From positions 1 to 64,000 of IMG/VR virus record IMGVR_UViG_3300033074_001483: a stretch of 64,000 nt of DNA. One strand, given 5' to 3'. The DNA comes from a virus (Duplodnaviria; Caudoviricetes). The notes below the pieces were generated by a model. That model was not told the DNA's origin. It saw nothing but the letters and a program-made list of their open reading frames with translations, and ran no database searches. A program made the position numbers and the translations under genes. Numbering within the stretch: position 1 is the first letter of the stretch; the number at the start of each line of letters is the position of its first letter. This document shows positions 40,361 through 50,746 of the stretch, piece by piece.

Positions 40361-41959
40361 TTACGCTGGCCGATAGTTCGCACCTTTCCATCCTCCCGGT
40401 ACTCCATTTCCAGACCCCACGCTTATTTTTATAGGCGCAGAACCTTCGGGAATTGAAGCACCATCTTGCCCCGGGGCTAATCCACCACCCGTGGTGAATA
40501 CTCTTCGGCTCATTAGTGTGTGTAGTTTGTCTCGTAATGCAATCAACTGTTGTACTTGCACTGGCAATTGAGTCTGAGACGGGGACTCTTTACCAGCATC
40601 CGTGTGCGAATGCTTATACCAATGGGTATGTGCAAGTAACCAATTGCAAAGTTCATAAAGCCAATTGACTGCCGTTTGACCAAGAAGAACAGGCTCGCTT
40701 GTTTGGTCATATTCTCCCAAATAAATGGCGGGGGAGTTAATGACAGTCTTCGTGTGCGTTGTCATGACAATCTGTTGGTGGGCATCCACTGTATATTCGT
40801 TGTCGGTTACAACAGCATAACGTTTCTTAGAGTAATGGAATGTTTCGCCATAACGTGCCGAAAGAACTAGACGGTCTGTATTGATTACGATCTGATCACC
40901 ATTGAGTTTTGGATATTTGAATGAACTTTGTCCTTTGAATTTGGACACTTCTTCACCCTTTTCATCTCCAAACATTCTCTTATAGCACGTCGTTACCCAT
41001 TGACTTATGGTCTGACCGCACGAAATGAAAATTGTTGACCCATCGTGATTGATATTCTCATCCAAAAATCCCCCAACATTTTTTTCCATTTTTGTCCCGA
41101 CAACAGTTGCGGGGTTCGGACTGTGTTGTAAAGAAAGAGGTTGTCCTTCTTTTAATAATGGACGCTGGCGATTGCGAATGATAATCATTGGATTACCACC
41201 ATCTTTGTAATCCTTGTATTTGGGATCTCCTACATCGTTTCCTCTATTGGTGTCATATGCCGTGAAATGAATTCCCTGTCCATGACGACTTTCCAGTAAC
41301 AAGTCTCCTTCAAACCGACGAATAGTACGAATTTTCGGGTTAGCCCAGAAATACTTTCCAGCGTATCCATGATATCCACTGTCCTTTTGAAGCATTTCTT
41401 TGGAAGGAGCTTTGATGAGAGACTCTTTTCTACCAGTATAAGGGTCAGTTGAAAACAACTCGGTATTTGATTTTCCCGCAACCGATGTATTGGCAGTAAA
41501 ATCCAGATTGTTGTTTGGCCAGTTATGATAATTAAGTTTTCGGGTGTAATACAACTTCCCGTTTTGTGTCAATAGGATTACTGTTTCATTGATGAGGGGG
41601 TACTCGGAAATGTTGGCATCCAGAGGATATGCCCATTGAAGTTGATCCTTGTCCGTCAGTTTTTCCGATACTAGTGGTCTTACCAGTGCCCGTCCGATCC
41701 AAGTGTAATCTAAATCGTCTTTGAGAGGTTGGGCATCGTTCAAATCAACAGGCCATCGGTCAATATCAATCTTTTTATGAAGCTTATCTCCTTTAGTAAA
41801 AATAGGATGCCTTTCATCCATGACAACATCCAACACAACACCCGGTTCCATCTCATAAAATTCGCCCATCCCACCGCCCTGCCCGGGAGTGTGTGTCGTT
41901 GCTAGACCAAAGCTATCTAGCGTACGAGAGTTTTTTGATAGATTTTTCCAGTAAGACAT
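40361..41959 (-). CDS. Baseplate hub/spike protein (gp5/VgrG-like)
   Basis: OB-fold-like N-terminus (GRALVRPL...AYPLDANISEYPLINETVILL), GDLLLESRHG, beta-helix-like C-terminus ending in HTHWYKH. Adjacent to gp25/gp6. Confidence 0.7.
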   Translation of the reverse strand: MSYWKNLSKNSRTLDSFGLATTHTPGQGGGMGEFYEMEPGVVLDVVMDERHPIFTKGDKLHKKIDIDRWPVDLNDAQPLKDDLDYTWIGRALVRPLVSEKLTDKDQLQWAYPLDANISEYPLINETVILLTQNGKLYYTRKLNYHNWPNNNLDFTANTSVAGKSNTELFSTDPYTGRKESLIKAPSKEMLQKDSGYHGYAGKYFWANPKIRTIRRFEGDLLLESRHGQGIHFTAYDTNRGNDVGDPKYKDYKDGGNPMIIIRNRQRPLLKEGQPLSLQHSPNPATVVGTKMEKNVGGFLDENINHDGSTIFISCGQTISQWVTTCYKRMFGDEKGEEVSKFKGQSSFKYPKLNGDQIVINTDRLVLSARYGETFHYSKKRYAVVTDNEYTVDAHQQIVMTTHTKTVINSPAIYLGEYDQTSEPVLLGQTAVNWLYELCNWLLAHTHWYKHSHTDAGKESPSQTQLPVQVQQLIALRDKLHTLMSRRVFTTGGGLAPGQDGASIPEGSAPIKISVGSGNGVPGGWKGANYRPA

Positions 41960-41960
41960 A

Positions 41961-42350
41961 TTATTTTGTTGGAGGGGTTGGAACCACTACAGAATCGAGT
42001 TCTTTCTTGATTTCTGTAAGTTTTGCTGTAGTAGCACTTTGAAGAAGTTGCTCTTTCTCTTCGTCACTCAATCCGGTGGTATCTCCACCAGTTGCTTCGA
42101 TCTGAGTAGATTGCAGACGTTGAACTACCGAGGCGAGTTTCACAAGTTGCTCATCATTTTTGATACCTACATCGAGTAGTTCTTTGATGCGTGGAAGAAA
42201 GACTTGGGCATCATTGGCGTTCTTAATGAGGGAACGCACTTCTGAAAACAGGGTATCAAGTTGGTCCTTTTTACTAGTGCTTCTATCTAATATATCTTTA
42301 CACAAATCCCTAAATGATTTCCCGTCAGCAACCTCGAAGTCAAGATTCAT
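41961..42350 (-). CDS. Hypothetical helical protein
   Basis: 129-aa ORF coupled to its neighbours. Confidence 0.65.
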   Translation of the reverse strand: MNLDFEVADGKSFRDLCKDILDRSTSKKDQLDTLFSEVRSLIKNANDAQVFLPRIKELLDVGIKNDEQLVKLASVVQRLQSTQIEATGGDTTGLSDEEKEQLLQSATTAKLTEIKKELDSVVVPTPPTK

Positions 42351-43086
42351 AAATGTTTTCTTTCAGTATTTCTGGAATACGTTCAAATTCAAAATAAGGT
42401 ATTCGAACAAGTTTAATTCCTCTTTGTTTGGCATATTCGTTTTTTATTCCATCCCTCCATTTTGTTTCTTGTAAATCTTTTATAGTTTTATGATTTTTTC
42501 CAAGATACATTGGTCGGAAATGTTGTTCTCCATCATATTCTATAAGTATCTTCTTACCTAAAATATAAAAATCAAACTTGAAAGGATAATTGGTTTTTGG
42601 ATTTCGACAGTCAGAAAAGGTTTGTTGTTCTTTGAATAAAACATTGTTAGTTTCTAACCATTGTCGGATAGCTATTTCACCACGAGAAGAATTACATTTT
42701 GGGCATCCGTGTTTTAAGTTTATATGCCACGCAGGAGCTTGCCGAAATATGCCATGTTTTTTACATATTATATCCACCTTTTTCTTTGCATTGACATATT
42801 TGACCAGCGAATAGTCATATACATCTCCGTGAATTTTGCGTGCGTCTGTGGTAAACTTTTCAAAAGATTTTATACGATTGCATCCATTCCTCAAATATCT
42901 ACACTTTGGGCATCCTTGCCCTCTCATATGAGAATATGCAATTTGAGAAAATTGTCCATGTAAAGGACAGATGATTATTACCTTATCCGAACAACAAATG
43001 TAGTTCACTAAAGAATAATCATATCTTTCGCCATGAAAAAATTTCGATCTTCTAAGAAAAGTTTCTATTGACAATCTATGATTCAC
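42340..43086 (-). CDS. Putative homing endonuclease (DUF723-like repeats + Vsr-like nuclease domain)
   Basis: Two HG..YDYSLV.Y....KV.IIC..HG.F.Q....H..G.GCPKC repeats; FDFYILGKKILIEYDGEQH. Confidence 0.8.
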   Translation of the reverse strand: MNHRLSIETFLRRSKFFHGERYDYSLVNYICCSDKVIIICPLHGQFSQIAYSHMRGQGCPKCRYLRNGCNRIKSFEKFTTDARKIHGDVYDYSLVKYVNAKKKVDIICKKHGIFRQAPAWHINLKHGCPKCNSSRGEIAIRQWLETNNVLFKEQQTFSDCRNPKTNYPFKFDFYILGKKILIEYDGEQHFRPMYLGKNHKTIKDLQETKWRDGIKNEYAKQRGIKLVRIPYFEFERIPEILKENIYES

Positions 43087-43164
43087 ATAAATAAATATGG
43101 GTCAATACCTGAAAATCAAAGTTATTTATTCAGAACCAGCATTTATTTTAACTTTACGCTTAGC

Positions 43165-44058
43165 TCAGCTATAGCGTTCAGTTACCACATCCCCATTCTC
43201 AATGTAAGAACGCTGAATGTTATCGTGATATTGCTTCATCTTGTTAATAACCTTGGTTATCTGCTGTGTTTTACACGATGCCATTTCACGGATGTAAAGG
43301 TACAATGCTTTTTTGTTGAAGGCGTCAATTCTCTCCGAATTTCGGAACAGATTGACCACGGCATTGGCAATGTTTAAGTCTCGTTGTTTAGTGAAGATTT
43401 TGTCAACATTCTTTTCCCAAAAGTCAACAATCAATCTGATAAAGTCGGACATCTCCTGTTGGGCATAGTACTTATCATGTGCTTGAAGTTGGACTGTATG
43501 CTCGTCTCTTTCCTCACTTATCTCTACATTTTGATTGAACTTCTTGTAGTTTGTATTATTGAGAAGAATGAGATAGTGCTTGGCAATGATGGAAAAGTAA
43601 GCGAATGCTTTAGTCTTCTTGTTGGGGTCGGTCTTACTCTTGCGTGATGGGTCAAACTTGTGCATGTTGGCAACAAGGTGAGTTAGACATTCCTTCTGAA
43701 CATCTTGGGGACCAGTTTCAAAATAGGAAAACTTGAAAGTATTGAAAACATTCTCTACCAATTTTTGGAATGGATGAAGAATCTGTTCACGAAAAATTTT
43801 CTCACGAACATCTTGGTTTGTTTCTTTGTTGTACAAAATAATAGCATCCTCAGTTTCCTGAGTAAAATACATTCGTGAAACGTTTTTGGTCCGTCGTCTT
43901 CGCCGACGTTTAGGAGCTTGAACGGGGGGAGAAGAAACCAAAATTACAGGAGATTTAACGACGATTCGCTTTATGCGTCTTGTCTTTATTGCCCTGGTGA
44001 TTTTCTTTTTTGGTGTGCGCCGTGCCTTAACATGTATAACCTTTTTCTTTTTATGCAT
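43165..44058 (-). CDS. Phage sigma factor, T4 gp55-like (late transcription)
   Basis: YFTQETEDAIILYN...FKFSYF...DVQKECLTHLVANMHKFDP...KAFAYFSIIAKH resembles sigma region 2 of the gp55 family. Confidence 0.65.
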   Translation of the reverse strand: MHKKKKVIHVKARRTPKKKITRAIKTRRIKRIVVKSPVILVSSPPVQAPKRRRRRRTKNVSRMYFTQETEDAIILYNKETNQDVREKIFREQILHPFQKLVENVFNTFKFSYFETGPQDVQKECLTHLVANMHKFDPSRKSKTDPNKKTKAFAYFSIIAKHYLILLNNTNYKKFNQNVEISEERDEHTVQLQAHDKYYAQQEMSDFIRLIVDFWEKNVDKIFTKQRDLNIANAVVNLFRNSERIDAFNKKALYLYIREMASCKTQQITKVINKMKQYHDNIQRSYIENGDVVTERYS

Positions 44059-44064
44059 ACGGAG

Positions 44065-44355
44065 TTATTGTGTCCTCTCATTCAACTTCTCTATGAGGTC
44101 CAATAACTCCTTGAAGATTCGTCCCACTTGATCATCCGATTCGAAATTCCCCTTATCATTTAATGATGTAGCAAACGTACCTTCTTTGTCTATCGCTCGC
44201 ATCTCTTCGAGAGTATTTACCAAATCCATTTTGAATTCCAGTATCCAGTTCTCGTAAGTTTTGATTTTGAAAAGGAGTCTTCTGATAAGAATGAAAGCAG
44301 CGAAACAAAATCCTAACGAGATAATCAGGCCGAAAGTCAATAGAAAAGTAATCAT
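44065..44355 (-). CDS. Membrane-anchored hypothetical protein
   Basis: N-terminal hydrophobic helix followed by a charged helical domain. Confidence 0.6.
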   Translation of the reverse strand: MITFLLTFGLIISLGFCFAAFILIRRLLFKIKTYENWILEFKMDLVNTLEEMRAIDKEGTFATSLNDKGNFESDDQVGRIFKELLDLIEKLNERTQ

Positions 44356-44358
44356 GGT

Positions 44359-44544
44359 TTAATCTTCTTCACTGGGAGCGTCAGAATCAAGAAATTCCTT
44401 TAAGGTTTCGTTTGCTTCTTCGACGATATCCCAATCTTTATTTGCAATTGCATCTGTCAGTTGCTCTATGATGTATTTTATGTCGGATTGATCCATAGAA
44501 TGTTTTGCCTTTTCCAAGGTTAACCGACCCATACATATAGACAA
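44359..44544 (-). CDS. Small acidic hypothetical protein
   Basis: Downstream of a TTGACA-17-TATTAT promoter at about 44583-44611. Confidence 0.5.
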   Translation of the reverse strand: MSICMGRLTLEKAKHSMDQSDIKYIIEQLTDAIANKDWDIVEEANETLKEFLDSDAPSEED

Positions 44545-44624
44545 ATTTTCAAAAAAGGTAAAAATCTACCTTCATTGACGTAATAATATACTAACCAATT
44601 CGATCTGTCAACTTATTTTAAGTG

Positions 44625-45626
44625 TTACATCCAAGGCTGACGATTGTTGATTGGATGATGTCCTTCCTCATGTGGATGCTCATGAGTAGTTCCATCTTCG
44701 TGGGTATGTTTCTCAGTTTCTATTTTGGGTTTTTCAGCAGGAGTTTCAATTATTTCTTCTGGAAGGGAGGATTTTATAAACGGCATTGGAGGTTCCGGTT
44801 GAGGATTGCTAGTTGCTTCTTCCTCCCTGTTCTTATACGTTGCCACGTTATAGGCCAGAATTAAAGCAACGGCTAGTGGGTCAAATACGAAGATAAGAGT
44901 GATGATAAACCACTTGGCAACTTTGTCAAGACTTGTTCCGAATTGATCTGCTACAAACTTGAAGGTCTGAATGTCTTTCTTTTCCGCCGAAGAAAACTTC
45001 ATCTCATTTACTTGTTGGTCAATCTTAGCAATTTCATCCACGGTAGTCTGAATTTTATCGTTTTCAGAGCGAATATCACTATCCGCAGACTTGATAAGTT
45101 CGGCGGTCTGGTCTTGAATCTGCTTCAACTGAATAGGATTGCGGGTCAAGAAAGCATTGGTGAGTGCTTCGTTCATACGGCTTTCTTGCATAAGACGCAT
45201 ATCATTGAGGGTCTTGATACGAGTCTTGGACTGTGAAATCTTGTCTTGAAGATAGGTCTTTTGCTCCTCCACCATCACAATCTTGTCCTGTGCTGCCTTA
45301 AACTCAAGGGAAGACTTCTGATATGCTGCTGAAAGGTATCCAAAAATACCCAAGGAAGTCACGAGCATTAAAACAAGTGTTGCGATGCTAAGGTACGTCT
45401 TTAGAAATCCCTTGGTCTTCTTCCAGTAGCGGTAAAGGTAGGTTACGGCAACCAATTTACCAACCTCTAATGCAGATGCCATGATTGCTGTAAGGACAAA
45501 TGCCCCTGCGAATAAAGTAGCAATACCATATACAGAGAAAAATGCTGCCACGAGTGCGATAACGATGGCAGTAATGCCAAGCAATCTATCGAATCGGATG
45601 AATCGGTCAATTATACGATCTTTCAT
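44625..45626 (-). CDS. Membrane protein with a long coiled coil
   Basis: Three N-terminal TM helices, coiled coil, a C-terminal TM helix (IFVFDPLAV) and an H/E-rich tail. Confidence 0.7.
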   Translation of the reverse strand: MKDRIIDRFIRFDRLLGITAIVIALVAAFFSVYGIATLFAGAFVLTAIMASALEVGKLVAVTYLYRYWKKTKGFLKTYLSIATLVLMLVTSLGIFGYLSAAYQKSSLEFKAAQDKIVMVEEQKTYLQDKISQSKTRIKTLNDMRLMQESRMNEALTNAFLTRNPIQLKQIQDQTAELIKSADSDIRSENDKIQTTVDEIAKIDQQVNEMKFSSAEKKDIQTFKFVADQFGTSLDKVAKWFIITLIFVFDPLAVALILAYNVATYKNREEEATSNPQPEPPMPFIKSSLPEEIIETPAEKPKIETEKHTHEDGTTHEHPHEEGHHPINNRQPWM

Positions 45627-45655
45627 ACGTGGTTATAAATATCCCCTGTACATGC

Positions 45656-45678
45656 AAAAACCCCCGATTTCTCAGGGG
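45656..45678 (-). terminator. Intrinsic terminator after hsp20
   Basis: CCCCTGA-GAAA-TCGGGGG followed by TTTTT. Confidence 0.75.
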
Positions 45679-45699
45679 TGTGCATAACTACATACGTAC

Positions 45700-46173
45700 T
45701 TATTGAACCGCAATCTGTCTTACTTCGACGGGTTTGGGGTCTGGTTCTCTTTTTGGAAGAGTGACTTCAAGAACACCATTTTCAAACTTGGAAGCAATCT
45801 TATCGGTGTCAATGTTTTTTCCGAGGGCAAACGAGCGACAGAAGGCAGAATGCTTCAATTCACGATGAACGTAAGACTTACCTTTCTTTTCATCTACATC
45901 CTTCTTTTCGCCTTTGATACGAAGGATACCACCCTCAAGTTCTACTTTGACTTGCTCTTTTTTCAAGCCGGGAACCTCGGCCTCAATAACCATCTGAGTT
46001 TCTTCGTCACGAACGTCAACTTTTGGATAAGTTCCCTTTTCAAAAAAGTCCTTCCCAAAAACGTCAAACGAATCATTGAAGAAGTCGTCAAATAGAGTTG
46101 AGAATGGGGTTAAGAACTCGTCCTTGTTGAAGACCGCAGGACTAAACGGAGATGTAATTCTTGCGAGTTGCAT
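45700..46173 (-). CDS. Small heat-shock protein, Hsp20/alpha-crystallin family
   Basis: PKVDV...IEAEVPGL...L.IKGEK...F.RSF.L...ASKFENGVLEVTLPK. Confidence 0.95.
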   Translation of the reverse strand: MQLARITSPFSPAVFNKDEFLTPFSTLFDDFFNDSFDVFGKDFFEKGTYPKVDVRDEETQMVIEAEVPGLKKEQVKVELEGGILRIKGEKKDVDEKKGKSYVHRELKHSAFCRSFALGKNIDTDKIASKFENGVLEVTLPKREPDPKPVEVRQIAVQ

Positions 46174-46302
46174 AGCTTTTTTCCTTTCTTTAACTACAAG
46201 TTGTCAGTTAAAATATCTGCCCTCACAAGAGGCACAGATATGAATGCTAAACAGCATTCTATGGATACATATAATACATCCAACAAAAATTGTCAAGAAT
46301 TT

Positions 46303-47679
46303 TTAGTACACCACAATCTGAAACCACACATTTTCTGGATATCCAGACCAGTCACCTGTACCTCTTACGGAGGCAGTAAACTTGGTTGTCGTTCGACGTG
46401 CCCAAGGATAAGTCATGACAGTAAACACTTCGTTACCTTGTTCTCCACCCGCACCAAATGCAAAATACGTTGTATCAGACATTGCGGTTGTTAACGTAAC
46501 GATAAAGTTTCCAACATTCGTTGATCCATTGTAACTTTGTGTATATGGATAAGGAAATGATCTCACAAAGCTTGTGTTTATATCTGTAATTGTGTTAAAC
46601 CCAACCGCTGGGTTGATATCTCGTCCTGCCCATGATACATCAGAGATATTATGTCCGGCAACAATCATTGGTTTATTAAGAGCGTTTCCAGTGATTTGAT
46701 CTGCGGGAGTATTTGTGCTATAGTTCGAGGCTGTTGGCACAATAACATATGCCCACGCCTTTGCCGATCCGGGCATAAGTGCTCCATCAACATAGCTTGC
46801 AGTTTTTGCTTTGTCAGACCAACTGGACGTTCCAAGAAAACCTACCCGTTCTTCCCCAACAAGACTTGCTGTGAAATCAGTTGCTTCAACTTTTCTGACA
46901 TAAAGTTCTCCATTAGTTGAAAGAAACATGAGACTTGAACTATCCGAAGTTGAATAATCCCAAGTGGACCAGAAAAATCCCGGCTTATTAACGTATTGCA
47001 AATCAATATTGGGACCCAGAGGATATGGATCATCGTTATTATCAAGATGATCAAACCGAATATGTCCTTTATCCTGAACTTCTTCAATGAAATAGAGCCT
47101 TCCCCAGTCATTTTTCAAAGGATCAGGCCCGCCACTATTGGATCCTCCTTGGAAGAAAATACAGTTTGTGTGATTATCATAAGCCAGACTTTGTTTCATA
47201 GGAATGATAAGTCTTGATCCGGATGCCACCCTTATAGCAATGCTTGCGGTAAGAGTGCTTACATGACCACTTCCAGTAAGATAACTAGCCGTAAGGGATG
47301 AAGTAGCATAAAGTGACTGGGTAGAAAATAAACTTTGTGTAGCAAATCGTGACTGGGTAGCAAATGCACTTTGAGATGCATATAAACTACTGGTTGCGAA
47401 CAAAGATTGAGTTGCAAACTCTGCTTGAGTTGCATTTTCTATTGTTATTGCACTAATATTAACATAGCTGGCAGTTTCGGCAAAGCTTGCGGTTTCTGCA
47501 TAGGACGCAGAAATAGATGCAGTCGCATGTCCAACGGGAACACTTGCGGAAATAAACGCTCCAAGTGCGTCTAAGCTTGTGCGATACGTAGTCAATGAGC
47601 TACTATCAACAAGAGGAATGAAATCTTCTGCTATTACAGCAGAAAAGTCATTGAGTTCACTGATTTTGATGCTGGCCAT
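46303..47679 (-). CDS. Tail-fibre-like protein with ASYA/ATQS repeats
   Basis: MASIKISEL N-terminus and tandem SASYA/ATQS repeats. Confidence 0.55.
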   Translation of the reverse strand: MASIKISELNDFSAVIAEDFIPLVDSSSLTTYRTSLDALGAFISASVPVGHATASISASYAETASFAETASYVNISAITIENATQAEFATQSLFATSSLYASQSAFATQSRFATQSLFSTQSLYATSSLTASYLTGSGHVSTLTASIAIRVASGSRLIIPMKQSLAYDNHTNCIFFQGGSNSGGPDPLKNDWGRLYFIEEVQDKGHIRFDHLDNNDDPYPLGPNIDLQYVNKPGFFWSTWDYSTSDSSSLMFLSTNGELYVRKVEATDFTASLVGEERVGFLGTSSWSDKAKTASYVDGALMPGSAKAWAYVIVPTASNYSTNTPADQITGNALNKPMIVAGHNISDVSWAGRDINPAVGFNTITDINTSFVRSFPYPYTQSYNGSTNVGNFIVTLTTAMSDTTYFAFGAGGEQGNEVFTVMTYPWARRTTTKFTASVRGTGDWSGYPENVWFQIVVY

Positions 47680-47680
47680 A

Positions 47681-48772
47681 TTAGAATTCGATTACTGTTA
47701 AGCTAGATGTTCCAAACTTGGTTCCGTTGAAAGACCGATTGATATAATAGTCCCCATCGTCATTGTATGCCCGAGCTATGTAGTAAACCGTTTCTCCTTG
47801 CAATGCTGTTGGGGTATCAAGATAACTTGTACAAATTGTATCAACACTGTCTAAACTTGATGAAGATATACCAATTGTATTGATCAGAGCAACATCCCCA
47901 CCTATGGACGCACTTCTCCACAAGGATATACCTGTCACTCCTCCAACGGCTACGGACAGATTTACCAAATATGTTGGAGCATCATTTGTAACAGACATGG
48001 TAACAACCAAATCAATAATGTTATCGGGAGAAGTTTCAGTAATACTATTTCCTGTTTGTTTTTCGACCGAAATGGCAGATTGTTTATCTTGAATACCATT
48101 GTTTGCTGTTCCCGCTGTTCCTGCCACAGTAGCATAAGTTGCCGTATTTGCTGTTCCAGTAACAAGACTGAATGAAGCAGTTATGGCATTGGATGCTGTA
48201 ACAGCACTGGATGCTGTGTACATAAACGAAGCGGTATAAGCATATGCCGACGCTGTAGCATAAGAAGCTGAAAATGCAAAAAATGATTGTGTTGCATAAC
48301 TGCTACTTATTGCATAAGATGCAGTTCCATTTCCCACCAATGGCGAGTAAATCAAATAGGAAGCACTACGAGCATAATCAGCAAAAGCAGATGAATAAAT
48401 CAACTGAACAGAAGATGTGAGAGCATAGGAAGCAGTTATAACATACGATCCACTTAATGACCAAGATGCTGAAAGTGCTGTAAGAGCATGTGATGCTGTA
48501 ATAGCACTCAATGCAAGAGCGGCAATAGCGGCATAAGAGGAAGACGCTTGTGGGGGTGCCCAAGATGCTGAGACTGCTTTTTCCGCCCAACTTGATGTCC
48601 CAAAAAGTGAACCAGAAAGGTTGCCGCCTGAAAGCAGATAGCTGCTAAGTTCTGTGAGCGTTAACTTTTTGGATTCAGGATTCGGCGCAACATCTGCTAA
48701 GAGCAGGAGGTCGGAAGGACTCAACTCCGCAGCTGTGATTTGAACCAGTTCTGATACTCGCTTATTTGCCAT
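47681..48772 (-). CDS. Tail-fibre-like protein with ASYA repeats
   Basis: MANKRVSEL N-terminus and many ASYA/ASHA/ASFM repeats; paralogous in style to the previous ORF. Confidence 0.55.
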   Translation of the reverse strand: MANKRVSELVQITAAELSPSDLLLLADVAPNPESKKLTLTELSSYLLSGGNLSGSLFGTSSWAEKAVSASWAPPQASSSYAAIAALALSAITASHALTALSASWSLSGSYVITASYALTSSVQLIYSSAFADYARSASYLIYSPLVGNGTASYAISSSYATQSFFAFSASYATASAYAYTASFMYTASSAVTASNAITASFSLVTGTANTATYATVAGTAGTANNGIQDKQSAISVEKQTGNSITETSPDNIIDLVVTMSVTNDAPTYLVNLSVAVGGVTGISLWRSASIGGDVALINTIGISSSSLDSVDTICTSYLDTPTALQGETVYYIARAYNDDGDYYINRSFNGTKFGTSSLTVIEF

Positions 48773-48802
48773 ATACGATAAATAGCGACCACAGAGCTTT
48801 TT

Positions 48803-49591
48803 TTACTTGGCATTTGACGTATTGAGCGGGGTCGTCTCTTTTCGTATCTTACGAATAATGAACTGAACTAGACCACTTCGGACAATATCATCTTCAGTAA
48901 AGCGGAACACATGAATACCATTCGCACGGCTTTCTTCGTCGTCCAAATGTCCAAGCATTTTTATAAAACCACTCTTGCCATTGATGTCGCTTTGCTCTGG
49001 ATCACCCAATATAAATACTTTTGAAAACTCCCCGGTGCGTGTAATAAGCGTGAAAAGTTCCTTGAAGGTCATGTTCTGAGCTTCATCGGCTATAATAACT
49101 TTCGCATTCCAGTTCAATCCACGGAGGAATCCTACGGGAATGCCGGTGACACGTTCTTCTTTCAAAAGAATATCAATATCACCCTTTGGAAGCATTTCCG
49201 ACATCTTATCCAGTAGAGGTTGAATATAAGGTGCCAGTTTTTCATCCGCTTCACCGGGAAGAAATCCAAGTTTGGCGTCAGCACTCTCAACAGCACTGCG
49301 AATGTACACAAGATCACTGACTCGCTTTTCGTTAATCATGGTGAGAGCATGAAATACAGCAAGAAAAGTCTTGCTGGTTCCAGCAGGACCAGAAACAAAC
49401 ATGATTTTAGTTGTCTTGGATGCTGCAAGAGTTAGAAACTCTTTTTGTTTTTCGGTCAAGTCTCTTTGATACAATTTCAAGAGACCTTTCAGTTTAGATC
49501 GTTGTGGAATAATATGGCTTTTGTCTGTTCTTACTGACTCATTCGTTATCGGATTGATCTGGTCTTGGGCGATTCGGTTTTTCTTTTTCAT
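48803..49591 (-). CDS. phoH: PhoH-family ATPase
   Basis: GPAGTSKT, LGFLPG, FLRG...IIADEAQN, GDPEQSD and EDDIVRSGLV motifs. Confidence 0.95.
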   Translation of the reverse strand: MKKKNRIAQDQINPITNESVRTDKSHIIPQRSKLKGLLKLYQRDLTEKQKEFLTLAASKTTKIMFVSGPAGTSKTFLAVFHALTMINEKRVSDLVYIRSAVESADAKLGFLPGEADEKLAPYIQPLLDKMSEMLPKGDIDILLKEERVTGIPVGFLRGLNWNAKVIIADEAQNMTFKELFTLITRTGEFSKVFILGDPEQSDINGKSGFIKMLGHLDDEESRANGIHVFRFTEDDIVRSGLVQFIIRKIRKETTPLNTSNAK

Positions 49592-49916
49592 CAGTTTTTT
49601 CTTTAAGCAGTTTGCGTAACGCTTCTACTCTCGGGCACAACTCAAATATTTGATTTTCCGTATAGTATTTGCCAATGTGCTCCAAATTGATACCAAATTC
49701 TCGTTCATTGAGGGTAATAACAAACGGAGAATTGCTGAACTGAAAGACTTCCACAATAGGAAGTTTGTTTTCGATAGCGAACTTGATTGAAGATACAACA
49801 TGTTCCATCATGTCAACTTTGAATTTGTTGACGAAGACTCTCATCTCGTCATTAGGTGACGGGAGAACATATAACTCATTTTCTTTCATATTGGTCCGCT
49901 TACTTCTTTTGACCAT
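49539..49916 (-). CDS. Hypothetical protein
   Basis: Start placed at MVKRSK, 4 nt after a TATTTAT motif. Confidence 0.6.
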   Translation of the reverse strand: MVKRSKRTNMKENELYVLPSPNDEMRVFVNKFKVDMMEHVVSSIKFAIENKLPIVEVFQFSNSPFVITLNEREFGINLEHIGKYYTENQIFELCPRVEALRKLLKEKTDEKEKPNRPRPDQSDNE

Positions 49917-50014
49917 ACCAATAAATATGACGAAGCGTGATGAAGCACATAAACAAAGATCGGAAATGTACACAAAAAAGCACTATGACGTGCTTTTCTA
50001 TGATACTTATTTGT

Positions 50015-50458
50015 ATGAATACTGAAATATGGAAAGATGTTTGTGGATATGAAGGGTTGTATCAAATCTCATCATTTGGAAACGTGAGACGAACAACGGA
50101 GAAGTATAAACGTATGAGGACTATGAAGTTTATGAAGTCTAAGCGAGGTTATCTAAGGATTATGTTGTGGAAAGATGGCATTCGAAAACCGTATGCAGTT
50201 CATCGTTTGGTAGCAATTGCATTTATTTCTAATGATTGCCCAGAAAAGATTTTTGTTCATCATAAAAATCATAAACGAGATGATAATAGAGTGGAAAATT
50301 TAGAGTGGGTCACTGCTAAAATGAATTCAGATTACAATCCATCTGTTAGTGATGTAATCAATCATACTCTAAAAGAAGTATTTTATATTATGAAAATAAA
50401 AAAACCGAGCAGTATCACCTGCTCGGTCATTATGGACTCTCTTTACAGAGATATGTAG
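50015..50458 (+). CDS. NUMOD4-HNH homing endonuclease
   Basis: EIWKDVCGYEGLYQISSFGNVR; VHRLVAIAF...VHHKNHKRDDNRVENLEW. GATACTTAT motif at 50002-50010. Confidence 0.9.
   Translation: MNTEIWKDVCGYEGLYQISSFGNVRRTTEKYKRMRTMKFMKSKRGYLRIMLWKDGIRKPYAVHRLVAIAFISNDCPEKIFVHHKNHKRDDNRVENLEWVTAKMNSDYNPSVSDVINHTLKEVFYIMKIKKPSSITCSVIMDSLYRDM
50396..50427 (-). terminator. Intrinsic terminator of the converging minus-strand transcript
   Basis: ACCGAGCAG-gtgata-CTGCTCGGT followed by a T-run. Confidence 0.7.
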
Positions 50459-50488
50459 CAACATTTCATCCCCAATTGCTACACAAAC

Positions 50489-50746
50489 TTACCATACTCG
50501 ATGTTTCTTCGGGTCGAAGACTTCCACTTTCACGGGTGCTCCATGAGAATGGTATCTCTCCACCTTTGACCAAAATTCCAACTCGCTGACACAAGCTGGA
50601 TCATTAACATCGGAGTACTCCTTATCGGAGACCCGATAACCAGCACGAAGTACAACGTACGTTACTGGTCTCGCCTCTGCTGTTTTTCCGTCTGTCACCT
50701 GTTGAGGTTCAGGTGCGGCCTTCTCAGTTTTCTTTCGTTTTCCCAT
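50489..50746 (-). CDS. Hypothetical protein
   Basis: Start placed at MGKRKK. Confidence 0.55.
   Translation of the reverse strand: MGKRKKTEKAAPEPQQVTDGKTAEARPVTYVVLRAGYRVSDKEYSDVNDPACVSELEFWSKVERYHSHGAPVKVEVFDPKKHRVW

Noticed and set aside
46303-48772. ASYA/ATQS repeat proteins as a diversity-generating or repeat-array system
   Set aside because: Repeats are degenerate at the DNA level, no reverse transcriptase or template/variable repeat pair is in the window, and they fit ordinary fibre-like proteins.
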